From: Alteromonas sp.
Lineage (GTDB): Bacteria > Pseudomonadota > Gammaproteobacteria > Enterobacterales > Alteromonadaceae
Reading direction: 5' to 3'
Length of the DNA: 64,000 nt
NCBI GenBank assembly: GCA_964230255.1
Contig: CAXRGW010000040.1
Coordinates: 24,329 to 88,328, forward strand
Part shown: positions 31,554 through 44,252 of the stretch, piece after piece
How positions within the stretch are numbered: position 1 is the stretch's first letter
Layout: each line of letters starts with the position of its first letter
Made by a program: the position numbers and the translations under genes
The notes under the pieces: generated by a model
What the model was told of the DNA's origin: nothing
The model's input: the letters and a program-made list of their open reading frames with translations, nothing else
Database searches by the model: none

Positions 31554-33263
31554 ATGAAAAAAAGTTATTTTGCCCCATCTAAGGTATCTGCAGCTTGTCT
31601 CGCATCCTTGCTAATACTAAATGGCTGTGGTTCGGACGTTCAAGATCAGGGCGTAATCAGTCAAAGCAATCAAGTCTTTTCGGGCCGCGCAATCGACGGC
31701 TACATTGCCCGGGCCACGGTGTTTATTGATAGCAATAACAATGGTACACGTGATGCTTGGGAAGCTTGGGCTTTTACCGATAATCAAGGCTATTTCTCTT
31801 TCAACCCGATGACTGGAGCAGATTATTGCGCCAGCTCTGCTTCGGCCCAAGAAACTCAATATTGCCTGACGACGACTACTGCGTATAGTGAAGCAGTGCT
31901 GCGTATAGATAGTGGCTACGATACACTGACCGGAGAACCTTTCGCCGGCCAATTGAGCAGACGTATTTCTGCACCAGGTGAAAGCAATGTTGACAATACA
32001 ATTATCTCGCCAATCACTAGTATTCTTACCAACGTTGAATCATCACAGCAAGCGACTGTTCTGCAAGCGCTAGACATAAACGCCACAGATATTGAAGTCG
32101 ACTACTTAGCTACTGATTCAGGTACAGGTATCGATTCAAAGCTGTTAAATACGGCAGTTAAACTTCATAAAGCGGTGACGGTTCTGTCGGATAGACTGAC
32201 CGACATCTATACCGAAGTTGGTAGTGAATTTGATACGCCTAATGATGCGACTGCCGCGATTTATCGCGGCTTGGCCGGTGAGATCGTTCAATCGGGGGCG
32301 CGCCTTGGTGAAGTGTTAGCCTCAAATGATGCGTTATCTCGCGTTATTCAAAGCGCTGAAGACGAAGTTATTGCCCTTTATGAGCGTAAAGATTATTCAA
32401 TGCCGCCGGAGTCTGAGCCACAAAAACAGACGGCTTTTAATCGTGTTATCAATGTCACCGATGACTTGGCGTTATTAACTGACCAGCTAATTCCGCCAAC
32501 TGTTGATACCAACTTGAACAACGTTACTGGCAGCGCTCGCTTAATTGAAGTACTGACCGTCAAAACGCTACAAGAGAGCAGCAGTAATGATGTAACCATT
32601 GAATCAATGGTTAATTTCTTTGCAACTGCTGACGACAGCTTGGTCGAGGTGCTTGTGGATGCTGTTTCAAGTGAATTAGCCGATGTTTCCGCGTTAGTTC
32701 AAAATGATTTTAGCGGTAGTGACTTTGATAGCGAGGAAGAGGTCACTCAAGCGGCACAGCTACCAGACGATGCTGAGCCATTTAGCCAGCTAAGTGGCAT
32801 GACCTTACGCGTATCAGACTTAGACTTAGGTATTGCACCAACTAGTGTCGATGATTCAGAAGTTGAATTTTACTTTATGGGCGATACTGATGCCATAGAT
32901 GGCAACTTTAGTGCCTGTGTTAAGTTTATTGACGATGCGAATACCACGACCGGTGAGCTGGGCGACGGCAATACTCGTGGTGAGCTTGTAGTTGGGTTTT
33001 GGTCACTATTAGGCAGTGCGTCCGACAATGCCGAAAGCTTCAATCTGTTGCTAACTATCACCTTGTTGGAAACGACCTATCAGGCGATTCTGAAACCCGC
33101 AGGAAGCGCCACCATTGAGAACGTCGAGTATACCGTTGCTCGATTCGATCTCGATGGTGAATTCCGTGAATTCCACAGTACCGACTGGCTACAAACGACT
33201 GATGTCATCCCAACCAACAATGCAGAGTGTGAGGCTCGCTTGCCATCACGTGTAGGTTTATAA
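31554..33263 (+). CDS. Acidic lipoprotein of unknown function
   Basis: Lipobox LNGC; IDGYIARATVFIDSNNNG...D..E...TD..G motif; ISPITS; two Cys pairs. Confidence 0.8.
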   Translation: MKKSYFAPSKVSAACLASLLILNGCGSDVQDQGVISQSNQVFSGRAIDGYIARATVFIDSNNNGTRDAWEAWAFTDNQGYFSFNPMTGADYCASSASAQETQYCLTTTTAYSEAVLRIDSGYDTLTGEPFAGQLSRRISAPGESNVDNTIISPITSILTNVESSQQATVLQALDINATDIEVDYLATDSGTGIDSKLLNTAVKLHKAVTVLSDRLTDIYTEVGSEFDTPNDATAAIYRGLAGEIVQSGARLGEVLASNDALSRVIQSAEDEVIALYERKDYSMPPESEPQKQTAFNRVINVTDDLALLTDQLIPPTVDTNLNNVTGSARLIEVLTVKTLQESSSNDVTIESMVNFFATADDSLVEVLVDAVSSELADVSALVQNDFSGSDFDSEEEVTQAAQLPDDAEPFSQLSGMTLRVSDLDLGIAPTSVDDSEVEFYFMGDTDAIDGNFSACVKFIDDANTTTGELGDGNTRGELVVGFWSLLGSASDNAESFNLLLTITLLETTYQAILKPAGSATIENVEYTVARFDLDGEFREFHSTDWLQTTDVIPTNNAECEARLPSRVGL

Positions 33264-33282
33264 AGAATACAGCGCTCGCAGC

Positions 33283-36241
<2,959 letters not shown>

Positions 36242-36259
36242 GATTTGAATTCCAAAAAC

Positions 36260-36299
36260 TAGACAGTGTCAAGATAGTGCTTTATATTGACACTGTCAA
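36260..36299. promoter_or_regulatory. Twin palindromic TetR operator over the divergent promoters
   Basis: TAGACAGTGTCAA (36260-36272) and TTGACACTGTCAA (36287-36299). Confidence 0.8.
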
Positions 36300-36322
36300 G
36301 ATTGAGATCATAATCTATCAGC

Positions 36323-36958
36323 ATGAATGCCATATCACCGAAAAACAGCTATCACCACGGCAACCTACGCGCTAGCCTTGTCCAACAAGCCGCCCTTATG
36401 TTGCAACAAGTAGGAATCGAAGGTTTATCTCTGCGGAAGCTAGCTGAAGCCGTTGGCGTGTCGCGAACAGCGCTTTACCACCATTTCAAAGATAAAAACG
36501 CGTTACTATGCGCAATTACTGAGCAAGGGTTTGTGCGGTGGCGTGCAGAGGCAGAAGCCATTTTCGCCCAAGATAATTTAAGTAATACCGAGAAACTTCG
36601 ACAGTTTGTGCGCGACTACATTTATTATGCGGCCGACAATCCACAACTGTATGATTTGATGTTCGGCCGGACGATTTGGAAGAATGCGCAACCTACCAAT
36701 GAATTAAAAGCCGTTGCCTATCCGAGCTTTCAACATCAAGTCGAGATGACCCGCAAATGGCAGGAGCTGGGAGTCTTGCCAGCTACAGAAGATACCTTGC
36801 GACTATCGCAGGTGACTTGGGGCACTATGCACGGTATCGCGCGGTTGCTAATCGATGGTATTTATGCGGATCGCTCGCACATTGATGAAATGTGCGAGTG
36901 CGCCACGCATTTATTTACCCAGCACAGTAACGTTATAGAGTCGCACTCTGCTGAATAA
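36323..36958 (+). CDS. TetR/AcrR-family regulator
   Basis: YHHGNLR, LSLRKLA..VGVSRTALYHHF, W..MHG. Confidence 0.93.
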   Translation: MNAISPKNSYHHGNLRASLVQQAALMLQQVGIEGLSLRKLAEAVGVSRTALYHHFKDKNALLCAITEQGFVRWRAEAEAIFAQDNLSNTEKLRQFVRDYIYYAADNPQLYDLMFGRTIWKNAQPTNELKAVAYPSFQHQVEMTRKWQELGVLPATEDTLRLSQVTWGTMHGIARLLIDGIYADRSHIDEMCECATHLFTQHSNVIESHSAE

Positions 36959-38549
36959 ACTCCACCGCTCGCTCAGCGATCATGATAGTTGGCGCATTTG
37001 TATTACCCCCTATTAGAGAAGGCATAACAGAAGCATCTACAACACGTAGCTTTTGTACGCCATAAACGCGTAGCTGCTCGTCAACAACCGCCATAGCATC
37101 GTCTTTCGCACCCATTTTACAAGTGCCTATTGGATGATAGATTGTCTCAGACTTCTCCCGAATAAAGGCGAGTAACTCTTCATCAGATTGTGCCTTTTCG
37201 CCAGGTGATTGTTCAGTACTGTGAAACTCTTCAAACCCTTCCGAATCTAAAATCTCACGCGCTTTGCGCACACCTTCTATCATGACTTTCTGATCGTCTG
37301 GATGAGATAAGTAATTCGGCGCAATTAGTGCGTGATCAGCAGGGTGATTACTTTGCAAACGTATCTCGCCGCGGCTTTTGGGATATAAACAACATACGTG
37401 CACACCAAAGCCGTAACCGAGAACCGACTGACGTCCATGGTCTTCCAATATTGCAGGTAGGAAATGAAACTGGATATCAGGGCCTCTTTCAGCCAACGAC
37501 GAGCGCATAAATCCACCCGCTTCAGCTATATTCGATGAAAACAACCCCTTGCGTTTAAACAAGTATTGAAATGTACCCTTGATATATTTGGGCAGCGCAG
37601 TTGGTGCAACCGCATAACCCTCACGGACTTTAGTTTTGTGTTGAACGATAGCGTCGAGATGGTCTTGCAAATTTTGCCCGACACCTGGCAAGTCGACTTG
37701 AACGTGGATCCCCTTTTCGCGCAGGTGCTCAGCGGGACCAATACCTGACAACATTAACAACTGTGGTGAGTTTATCGCACCACCACTAAGAATCACTTCT
37801 TGATTAGCTTTTAAACGTTGAACCCGTCCACCAATGCGCGCCTGAACACCAACCGCAGCATTGTCTTTAAGAAGCACACGCTCAACCATTACACCGGTCA
37901 TAACGGTCAAATTATTGCGCTGCAGTGCCGGTTTTAAATAGCCTTTAGCCGTTGAGCAGCGCTGACCACCAATTTGCGAAACCTGATAAAACCCCAAACC
38001 TTCTCGCTCTTCGCGATTAAAATCTTCGAGGATGTTGAACCCAACACTTTCTGCAGCTTCGACAAACCGATGTGACAGCTTATCTTTATGACGCAAATCA
38101 TCCACGTTTAACGGTCCGCCCGTGCCATGAAACTCGTCGGCACCGCGCATATTGTTTTCAGAGCGCTTGAAGTACGGCAAGACATCGTTCCAACTCCAAC
38201 CAACCGCACCACTTGCGGCCCAATCGTCGTAATCTTGAACATCCCCGCGGATATAGCACATGGCGTTAATTGAACTTGAGCCACCAAGGGTTTTTCCGCG
38301 TGGCCAGAACATTTCGCGATCATTCAAAAACGTTTGTGGCGCAGTGTGATAGCCCCAACCAATGCCCTCAACTCGAGATAATAAGGACAAACCAAAAGGT
38401 ATATGAATTAACGGGTTGCGATCACGACTACCCGCTTCTAATAAACAGACCTTACACGCTGGGTTTTCGCTCAAACGCGCAGCCAGAGCTGCACCAGCAG
38501 ACCCAGCCCCAACGATAATATAATCAAAATACTCTGATGTTGTTTGCAT
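36933..38549 (-). CDS. GMC oxidoreductase (AlkJ-like alcohol dehydrogenase)
   Basis: GAGSAG, GKTLGGSSSIN, SPQLLMLSGIG, YHPIGTC, GNTNAPT. Confidence 0.9.
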   Translation of the reverse strand: MQTTSEYFDYIIVGAGSAGAALAARLSENPACKVCLLEAGSRDRNPLIHIPFGLSLLSRVEGIGWGYHTAPQTFLNDREMFWPRGKTLGGSSSINAMCYIRGDVQDYDDWAASGAVGWSWNDVLPYFKRSENNMRGADEFHGTGGPLNVDDLRHKDKLSHRFVEAAESVGFNILEDFNREEREGLGFYQVSQIGGQRCSTAKGYLKPALQRNNLTVMTGVMVERVLLKDNAAVGVQARIGGRVQRLKANQEVILSGGAINSPQLLMLSGIGPAEHLREKGIHVQVDLPGVGQNLQDHLDAIVQHKTKVREGYAVAPTALPKYIKGTFQYLFKRKGLFSSNIAEAGGFMRSSLAERGPDIQFHFLPAILEDHGRQSVLGYGFGVHVCCLYPKSRGEIRLQSNHPADHALIAPNYLSHPDDQKVMIEGVRKAREILDSEGFEEFHSTEQSPGEKAQSDEELLAFIREKSETIYHPIGTCKMGAKDDAMAVVDEQLRVYGVQKLRVVDASVMPSLIGGNTNAPTIMIAERAVEFIQQSATL

Positions 38550-38584
38550 AAACTTTGTTTACCTACTGCAAAAAATCATAATTT

Positions 38585-38601
38585 CAGTCATCGTACCAGT
38601 G
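38585..38601 (-). promoter_or_regulatory. Candidate FadR box and/or extended -10 upstream of the GMC gene
   Basis: Minus strand CACTGGTACGATGACTG. Confidence 0.4.
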
Positions 38602-38742
38602 TATCAAAATTCCTGAGGTTGGGGTTAGCAGAATGTTAAAATTTCGAAAATTTCTCGCAATAATGTGGTTTTCCTCTTGACAGTCGCGCCTAGCACTTCA
38701 TTATTTGCTTCAATCAAACTAACTAGTGTGAATTAAGCCGCT

Positions 38743-39471
38743 GTGACTATCGCTTGGCGTCCTCTTTCTGTTGCCGACCGAATAAAAGTAGCTATTGCAA
38801 TGCTGATGGTGAAAATGGGCAAACTCAAATACGACCAATTCAACGAGCAAGAGCTCAATGATTTGATCGTGCCGCATTTCCCGCAAACGCTTGAAATACC
38901 AGTCCCCATTGGCAAGGGGCAACTGACCTTGCTAGAGGGCGAAATCAGCATGCCAGAGAGCACTAATCGCATTCACCTACAACTGCTGTGTCGCATGGAA
39001 ATCAGAGTGCTCGCGAACCCCATATATCGCGCGCATTTGGCGGTTGTGGTTTCTGCCGATCCTCAATATTTGGTCCCGCATGTAACGCTGACAATTGAAA
39101 ATATTCGCGTTGATGAAGTTGCGTTGATAAACGATGAATACGCATTGCTATCTGATACCAGTAAAATCATCGACTCATTATCGCCCGTACAATTATCCGG
39201 TCTGTTAGCTACACCAATGAAATCAGCGCTAAACATTCTTACTGCAGGCACCTCAAATCAGGCGATCAACTACTTACAAATGTATGTTGGTGGCAGCAAG
39301 CAAAAAATCTTGGACTACCACCGCCCCCAGATTGAAAATCACGTCATTCAAGCCATTGCCAACAACGATTTGACCTTTACTCTCGATCCAGCAGAATGGC
39401 GTCAAAACTTATTTTCTCGGCTAGGCAAGCAGGTCATTGTTGAGCAACGCGAGCTGCGTTTTTACTTCTAA
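38743..39471 (+). CDS. Hypothetical protein, possibly DUF1439-like
   Basis: 242-codon ORF filling the gap; start uncertain. Confidence 0.65.
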   Translation: MTIAWRPLSVADRIKVAIAMLMVKMGKLKYDQFNEQELNDLIVPHFPQTLEIPVPIGKGQLTLLEGEISMPESTNRIHLQLLCRMEIRVLANPIYRAHLAVVVSADPQYLVPHVTLTIENIRVDEVALINDEYALLSDTSKIIDSLSPVQLSGLLATPMKSALNILTAGTSNQAINYLQMYVGGSKQKILDYHRPQIENHVIQAIANNDLTFTLDPAEWRQNLFSRLGKQVIVEQRELRFYF

Positions 39472-39669
39472 CAGATATCTTGTGTTGGTGTATGTGTAAT
39501 CCTACTGCTTGTTTACCTGCACAATTTCAGCGAAACCATGGATGGATTAGGAGTAATCGGTATTATAACAAGTACTGTCTGCGTGGCCATTGGTATGACG
39601 CTGTCACTGCCAACCCAAATGTAATTAACGTTTACTTGGGTTAAAAAGCGCAGACAAAATACACCTTGA
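39472..39669 (+). pseudogene. Possible remnant of a small two-TM membrane protein gene
   Basis: Reads QISCVGVCVILLLVYLHNFSETMDGLGVIGIITSTVCVAIGMTLSLPTQM*LTFTWVKKRRQNTP*; no 5' start and an internal TAA at 39622. Confidence 0.4.
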
Positions 39670-39809
39670 TTGCATAAGGGCGCCGTAGGATACTTACACA
39701 GACAAGGAACGTTGTAGTCACTTTATCGCCGGTTCGTGAAGAGCCTCAATATAGTTCACACCTTTAAATGCTTCTTGTCGCCACCTGTAGTAAAAAGACA
39801 CGTAGTTAT

Positions 39810-40739
39810 ATGAAAAAATTAATATTAATTCCCCTTTTGTGCGCACTGAATGCCCAAGTTTTAGCCGATAGCTGTGATGAATATGCAACCGAACTTGCTG
39901 CCGATTACGAACGTGATATTAAAGAGGTTCAAGACGATTTTGATGAATCACTAGCATCTCACAAACGTCAGTATCTCAAATATCAAGTCGATCCTGAAGT
40001 TACGTTTGAAATGGTTGCCGATGTTTGGAAATCGCACTTTGACTACAACACACACTTTCAACGATTTATTTTTGAAATATTGGAAGTTGCCGCCAACTTA
40101 AATACTGACCCGCAGACGCGAAAGTACTGTGAAGAGCAAGATACAATTGAGAACTGGCTAGAACGCCGAGTCGATACCTATGCGAAGTTGCTAGCTCAGA
40201 TAGACGAGCGTATCGAAGCTCGTGTTGATCTTGAAAATGTCGATGCTGGCCAAGGTCTGACTATTGTATCGGCATACTCTTATGGTGTTGCCCCTAAAAT
40301 TTCAATCGTAGGTGACGGTGTATTAAACAGTTTTAAGATTGGTCCACTGGTCCACGACCAACACTTTGAGGTACGCGCTCTAGATCAAGGTACATACCGC
40401 TGGGATAGAGTAGAGCTCGGCTTTAACGGTTTCGCTTTACAGGATAGTAATGTGGATGTTGCAGGAACCACTACCTACACATTTATCGATTTTACTGATG
40501 CCGATATGGTATTCACTGTGAGTCCAAACAAGCTTAATTTTGCTGGCGTGTTTATATTTGAAGATACCAATCACGGTGCACGCGCCGATCTGCATGACCG
40601 TTCAGCAATATCAATTAAATTACTCGAACAGCAGTACCCCTATTTATTACATCGTTATCAATGGCATAACGCGCTAATGCCTTCAGACCCATTCTTGGCC
40701 CACTACTATGATGAACGTTACAATCAGGAGGCTGAATAA
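39810..40739 (+). CDS. Secreted hypothetical protein (start moved to MKKLIL)
   Basis: Signal peptide, helical N-half, beta-rich C-half; TAATG overlap with the next gene. Confidence 0.75.
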   Translation: MKKLILIPLLCALNAQVLADSCDEYATELAADYERDIKEVQDDFDESLASHKRQYLKYQVDPEVTFEMVADVWKSHFDYNTHFQRFIFEILEVAANLNTDPQTRKYCEEQDTIENWLERRVDTYAKLLAQIDERIEARVDLENVDAGQGLTIVSAYSYGVAPKISIVGDGVLNSFKIGPLVHDQHFEVRALDQGTYRWDRVELGFNGFALQDSNVDVAGTTTYTFIDFTDADMVFTVSPNKLNFAGVFIFEDTNHGARADLHDRSAISIKLLEQQYPYLLHRYQWHNALMPSDPFLAHYYDERYNQEAE

Positions 40740-42694
40740 TGAAGTGGTATATTCTGTTTAGCATCGTATTTTCGAGTATGTCTTTTACTATGCAAGCCCA
40801 ACAGGATGAGCTGTTGCCAATAGATGATTTTTTTAGCAGGCCTGTTGTCGGGCAAGCTGTTTTGAGCCCGAGTGGCGAAATGCTGGTGTATGAAAAAGTC
40901 GGAGCGATCTACGTCGGCAGTCAAACTGTTCCTTATACTGACGTGTACGGTGTCAATAACCGCTTTTACATTAGTGATATAGAGTGGCTATCAGACAATA
41001 TTCTAGCCATTCAAACGCGCAACAAGTCCAGTGGCAAAATAGGCACGATGATTCTCGATCTCGCTTATGATGAATCTGGTGTTAAAGAAATTAGACGCGA
41101 TTTTATTAACGTACAGGGCTACATTGTAGACCGACTTTCAAACCAACCGGACGCGATTTTGTTTGCCCAATACCGTTGGGATGATGATAAAGTGTTTAGC
41201 GATGTGCATAAGTATCCACTTTTTGCTAAAAAACCTTATCGTTTTCAAAAGCGCAGTAAATACAATTCCAATAGCGGCAAAATTATAGGATGGATCACGG
41301 ACCAAAATAGCCGTCTCCGTGCCGGTATATCTTATGAAGATGGCAAGCCAGTATTGTGGAGCCGTCAGCGTGAAAGTTCACGTAAAATGAAATCCATTTG
41401 GACCGGTGACGAAGAAACTCATTTTGAGATTTATGGCGTTGATGCCGAGAATACTAAGCTTTGGGTAATCACTGACTATCAACGCGATAAACGCGCGGCA
41501 GTGGTGTTCGATCTAGCCAGCGCCAGCGTCACTGAAGTAATTTACGAACACCCCGAAAGAGACGTTAGTGCAATCGTTATGGCTGGCGATGGACAAACTC
41601 CTATTGCTGTCTCATATCTAGAAAAAGGTCGACTTAACCGATTCTTTATCGATGCGGAGGCACAACAAGCATATGCAGCAATTGCAGCTCAAGAAGAAAC
41701 GCTAAACCACTCTGTGTTTGATAGTTCTGTTGACGCAAGCGCAATGATCATTGCGCGCTATGGTGATAATAACCCCGGACAACTTTTGTACTGCTACGAG
41801 TTCGGCAAGCAGTGCACAGCATTCGAGTCTCTATTTCCTTGGCTAGACAATGTCGCATTAGCAAAAAAAATCGTATTTGAAACAGCGATCAGTGACCAGT
41901 ATAAGATTGAAGCCTTTCTCTCATATCCTGCGCAAACCGATTTAAATAAAGCCGATAGTCTACCCTTAATTATCATGCCGCATGGCGGTCCAATAGGAGT
42001 ATACGATACGCAATATCTTACAGGTGACGTAGAATGGCTAGCTCACAATGGCTATGCGGTGCTTCGAGTTAACTACCGAGGCTCTGGTGGCTATGGAAGA
42101 GACTTTGAGAAACAAGGTATGCAGCAATGGGGGCGCGCCATTGAGGATGACATCAATGCCGCAGTACAAAACGCTTTTGCTTCATTCCCTGCCCTCGATC
42201 AGCAAAGAGTGTGTTTGTTCGGTGGCAGCTATGGTGGTTACTCAGCAATAATGGGTGTCTTGCGTGAACCTGAAACATACAAATGTGCAGTTTCATTTGC
42301 GGGGGTGATGGATCTTCCTTTATTGTTTAACACCAGCTCAGTACAAAATAACTCATTACTGACGGAAAGACTCAAGGAAATTATTGGTGATCCCAGTACC
42401 CAAATGGATGAGTTGAAGTCGTTCTCACCGGTTTACAACGCGCAGAATATTCAAACGCCCATCATGCTTATTCACGGTACTAAAGACCGCATCGTAGATG
42501 TTGAACATACGTGGCGCATGAGTCACATGCTTTCCCTGTATGGTATTGAACACCGACGCGAGATCATGCGTGATTCCGGCCATTCCTTTACTTCAACCAG
42601 TGAAGTAAAACAAATGTATGAATGGATAATGCCGTTTTTTCACAAGCACCTGAAGAAGCCTATAGTGCATCGCGAACCTGAACCCACAGAGTAA
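40739..42694 (+). CDS. Secreted S9 prolyl-oligopeptidase-family peptidase
   Basis: PHGGP, VNYRGSGGYG, GGSYGG, HGTKD, GHSF. Confidence 0.92.
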   Translation: MKWYILFSIVFSSMSFTMQAQQDELLPIDDFFSRPVVGQAVLSPSGEMLVYEKVGAIYVGSQTVPYTDVYGVNNRFYISDIEWLSDNILAIQTRNKSSGKIGTMILDLAYDESGVKEIRRDFINVQGYIVDRLSNQPDAILFAQYRWDDDKVFSDVHKYPLFAKKPYRFQKRSKYNSNSGKIIGWITDQNSRLRAGISYEDGKPVLWSRQRESSRKMKSIWTGDEETHFEIYGVDAENTKLWVITDYQRDKRAAVVFDLASASVTEVIYEHPERDVSAIVMAGDGQTPIAVSYLEKGRLNRFFIDAEAQQAYAAIAAQEETLNHSVFDSSVDASAMIIARYGDNNPGQLLYCYEFGKQCTAFESLFPWLDNVALAKKIVFETAISDQYKIEAFLSYPAQTDLNKADSLPLIIMPHGGPIGVYDTQYLTGDVEWLAHNGYAVLRVNYRGSGGYGRDFEKQGMQQWGRAIEDDINAAVQNAFASFPALDQQRVCLFGGSYGGYSAIMGVLREPETYKCAVSFAGVMDLPLLFNTSSVQNNSLLTERLKEIIGDPSTQMDELKSFSPVYNAQNIQTPIMLIHGTKDRIVDVEHTWRMSHMLSLYGIEHRREIMRDSGHSFTSTSEVKQMYEWIMPFFHKHLKKPIVHREPEPTE

Positions 42695-42717
42695 TCGTTA
42701 ACTGTAGATTACAACTA

Positions 42718-42745
42718 AAAACGCCAAGCATTTGCTTGGCGTTTT
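42718..42745. terminator. Bidirectional intrinsic terminator
   Basis: AAAACGCCAAGCA-TT-TGCTTGGCGTTTT between convergent genes. Confidence 0.88.
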
Positions 42746-42764
42746 CATAATCACACAATACATT

Positions 42765-44243
42765 TTAGCTCGCTTGCTCACTCTCCGTATGTAAGGTTTC
42801 AGTAACAATTGAGACTGGCATCTCTGCAATATGCTCGCCCATATCGGCAATGTTGACAGTCGGATCGTCAATGCTCTTCTCAAGTAATTCAAAAGCTTCA
42901 GCGCAATAATCAGCTAAAGGTTGTAGCGATTTAATGTTCTTGTTGCAGCACACCATGCCGATGTTAGCCACGCCCGAATAGGTCATTAACGTGATATTTA
43001 CCCCCCCGCCAGGAGTCATGGTTGAAACCGGATAATTGGCAATTAACTCACTGTCTTTCAAATATCGAGTTTCCGCAGGGCCGGGAACATTTGAAACTAA
43101 CAAATTAGCAATAGGCCGGGTCACGTTAGACAATCGCAACATTTCAAAAATCAAAGCAAACGATTGAATAACCACAGTGTAGTAACTAAAAGCCCCTGGG
43201 CTCGCGTGCTGAGCAGCATGCTTAACAATGCGATGATTAGCAATGATTTGGCGCAAGCGCACATAAGGGTCGGTTTTACCATGGGCTAATTCTACCGGCA
43301 CTATGGCTATTTTATTGCCAGACGTTTGTTCCCCCGGCTTACGCAGGTTAATTGGCATATTGGTAAAAAGTGCTTTTTCAAACGTGTGCCCGAAATCCTG
43401 TAAAAACCGATGGATGGCGATATCAAATACACATAGTAATATTTCATTCGCCGATGCACGGGTTTTCTTACCCACCTTGCGCACTCGATCAAAATCAATA
43501 TCCATAGTCGCCACCGCACGACCCGATTTAACCTGCCCAGTTAGTACGGTTCTCGTGCCACTAAACGGAATTGGCATGTAATGTCGGTTGATCCAGATAA
43601 TTTTGAAAAACAAACGAACGAAGATAACCAATAAGTCTTTGGTTGCGACTAGCAAGCCCCAACTCTGGCGCAATACCTTGCGCCATAACTTAACCCGCGC
43701 CCCCATATTGCGCTTGCGTTTAACAGCCCAAACCGGAATAAAACTCTCATCGGTTGCTTCAGTGTGGTATCCCTGTTGGAACCAGCGAACAAGCGTGGCG
43801 CCATCACCATACATGTGATGTACCTTTACATAAATACCATAAACATCGCTCTTACCGTCGTGAATAAAGTGAAATTGCCAAAGGGGCTTATCACGGTCGA
43901 GCATCACTTCATGCATTTTTGCGATGTAGTCGTCTAAAGCCGGCCTATCTGACATGTCATCCACTTTGTGAATTTGCACGTGATAATTCATATCTAACCG
44001 AGTACCCGGCACCAATCCTAGAGGGAAGCCCAAGAAACTCTTAACGCGACAGTTAAACGGTGCAGATGCTTTGTTGTACTGGCTAACCTCGTTAAACAGA
44101 GCCTCAACATAATCTGGTGCAGCACTTTCAGGCTTTTTCAGCATTTGTAAACTAGCCACGTGCTTAGGGTTATCGACCGATTCCGTCAGCCAAAATGTTT
44201 TGTCCAAAAACGTTAACGTCTTCGCTTTTGCTCGCTTTTTCAT
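42765..44243 (-). CDS. Wax ester synthase/diacylglycerol acyltransferase (WS/DGAT)
   Basis: PKHVA, LDRDKPLWQ, catalytic HHMYGDG, MPINLR, NLLVSNVPGP. Confidence 0.93.
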   Translation of the reverse strand: MKKRAKAKTLTFLDKTFWLTESVDNPKHVASLQMLKKPESAAPDYVEALFNEVSQYNKASAPFNCRVKSFLGFPLGLVPGTRLDMNYHVQIHKVDDMSDRPALDDYIAKMHEVMLDRDKPLWQFHFIHDGKSDVYGIYVKVHHMYGDGATLVRWFQQGYHTEATDESFIPVWAVKRKRNMGARVKLWRKVLRQSWGLLVATKDLLVIFVRLFFKIIWINRHYMPIPFSGTRTVLTGQVKSGRAVATMDIDFDRVRKVGKKTRASANEILLCVFDIAIHRFLQDFGHTFEKALFTNMPINLRKPGEQTSGNKIAIVPVELAHGKTDPYVRLRQIIANHRIVKHAAQHASPGAFSYYTVVIQSFALIFEMLRLSNVTRPIANLLVSNVPGPAETRYLKDSELIANYPVSTMTPGGGVNITLMTYSGVANIGMVCCNKNIKSLQPLADYCAEAFELLEKSIDDPTVNIADMGEHIAEMPVSIVTETLHTESEQAS

Positions 44244-44252
44244 TGCGTCTGC

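Noticed and set aside
30204-33263. Conjugative element suggested by the TraF-like gene
   Set aside because: No relaxase, VirB4, integrase or att-like repeats nearby.
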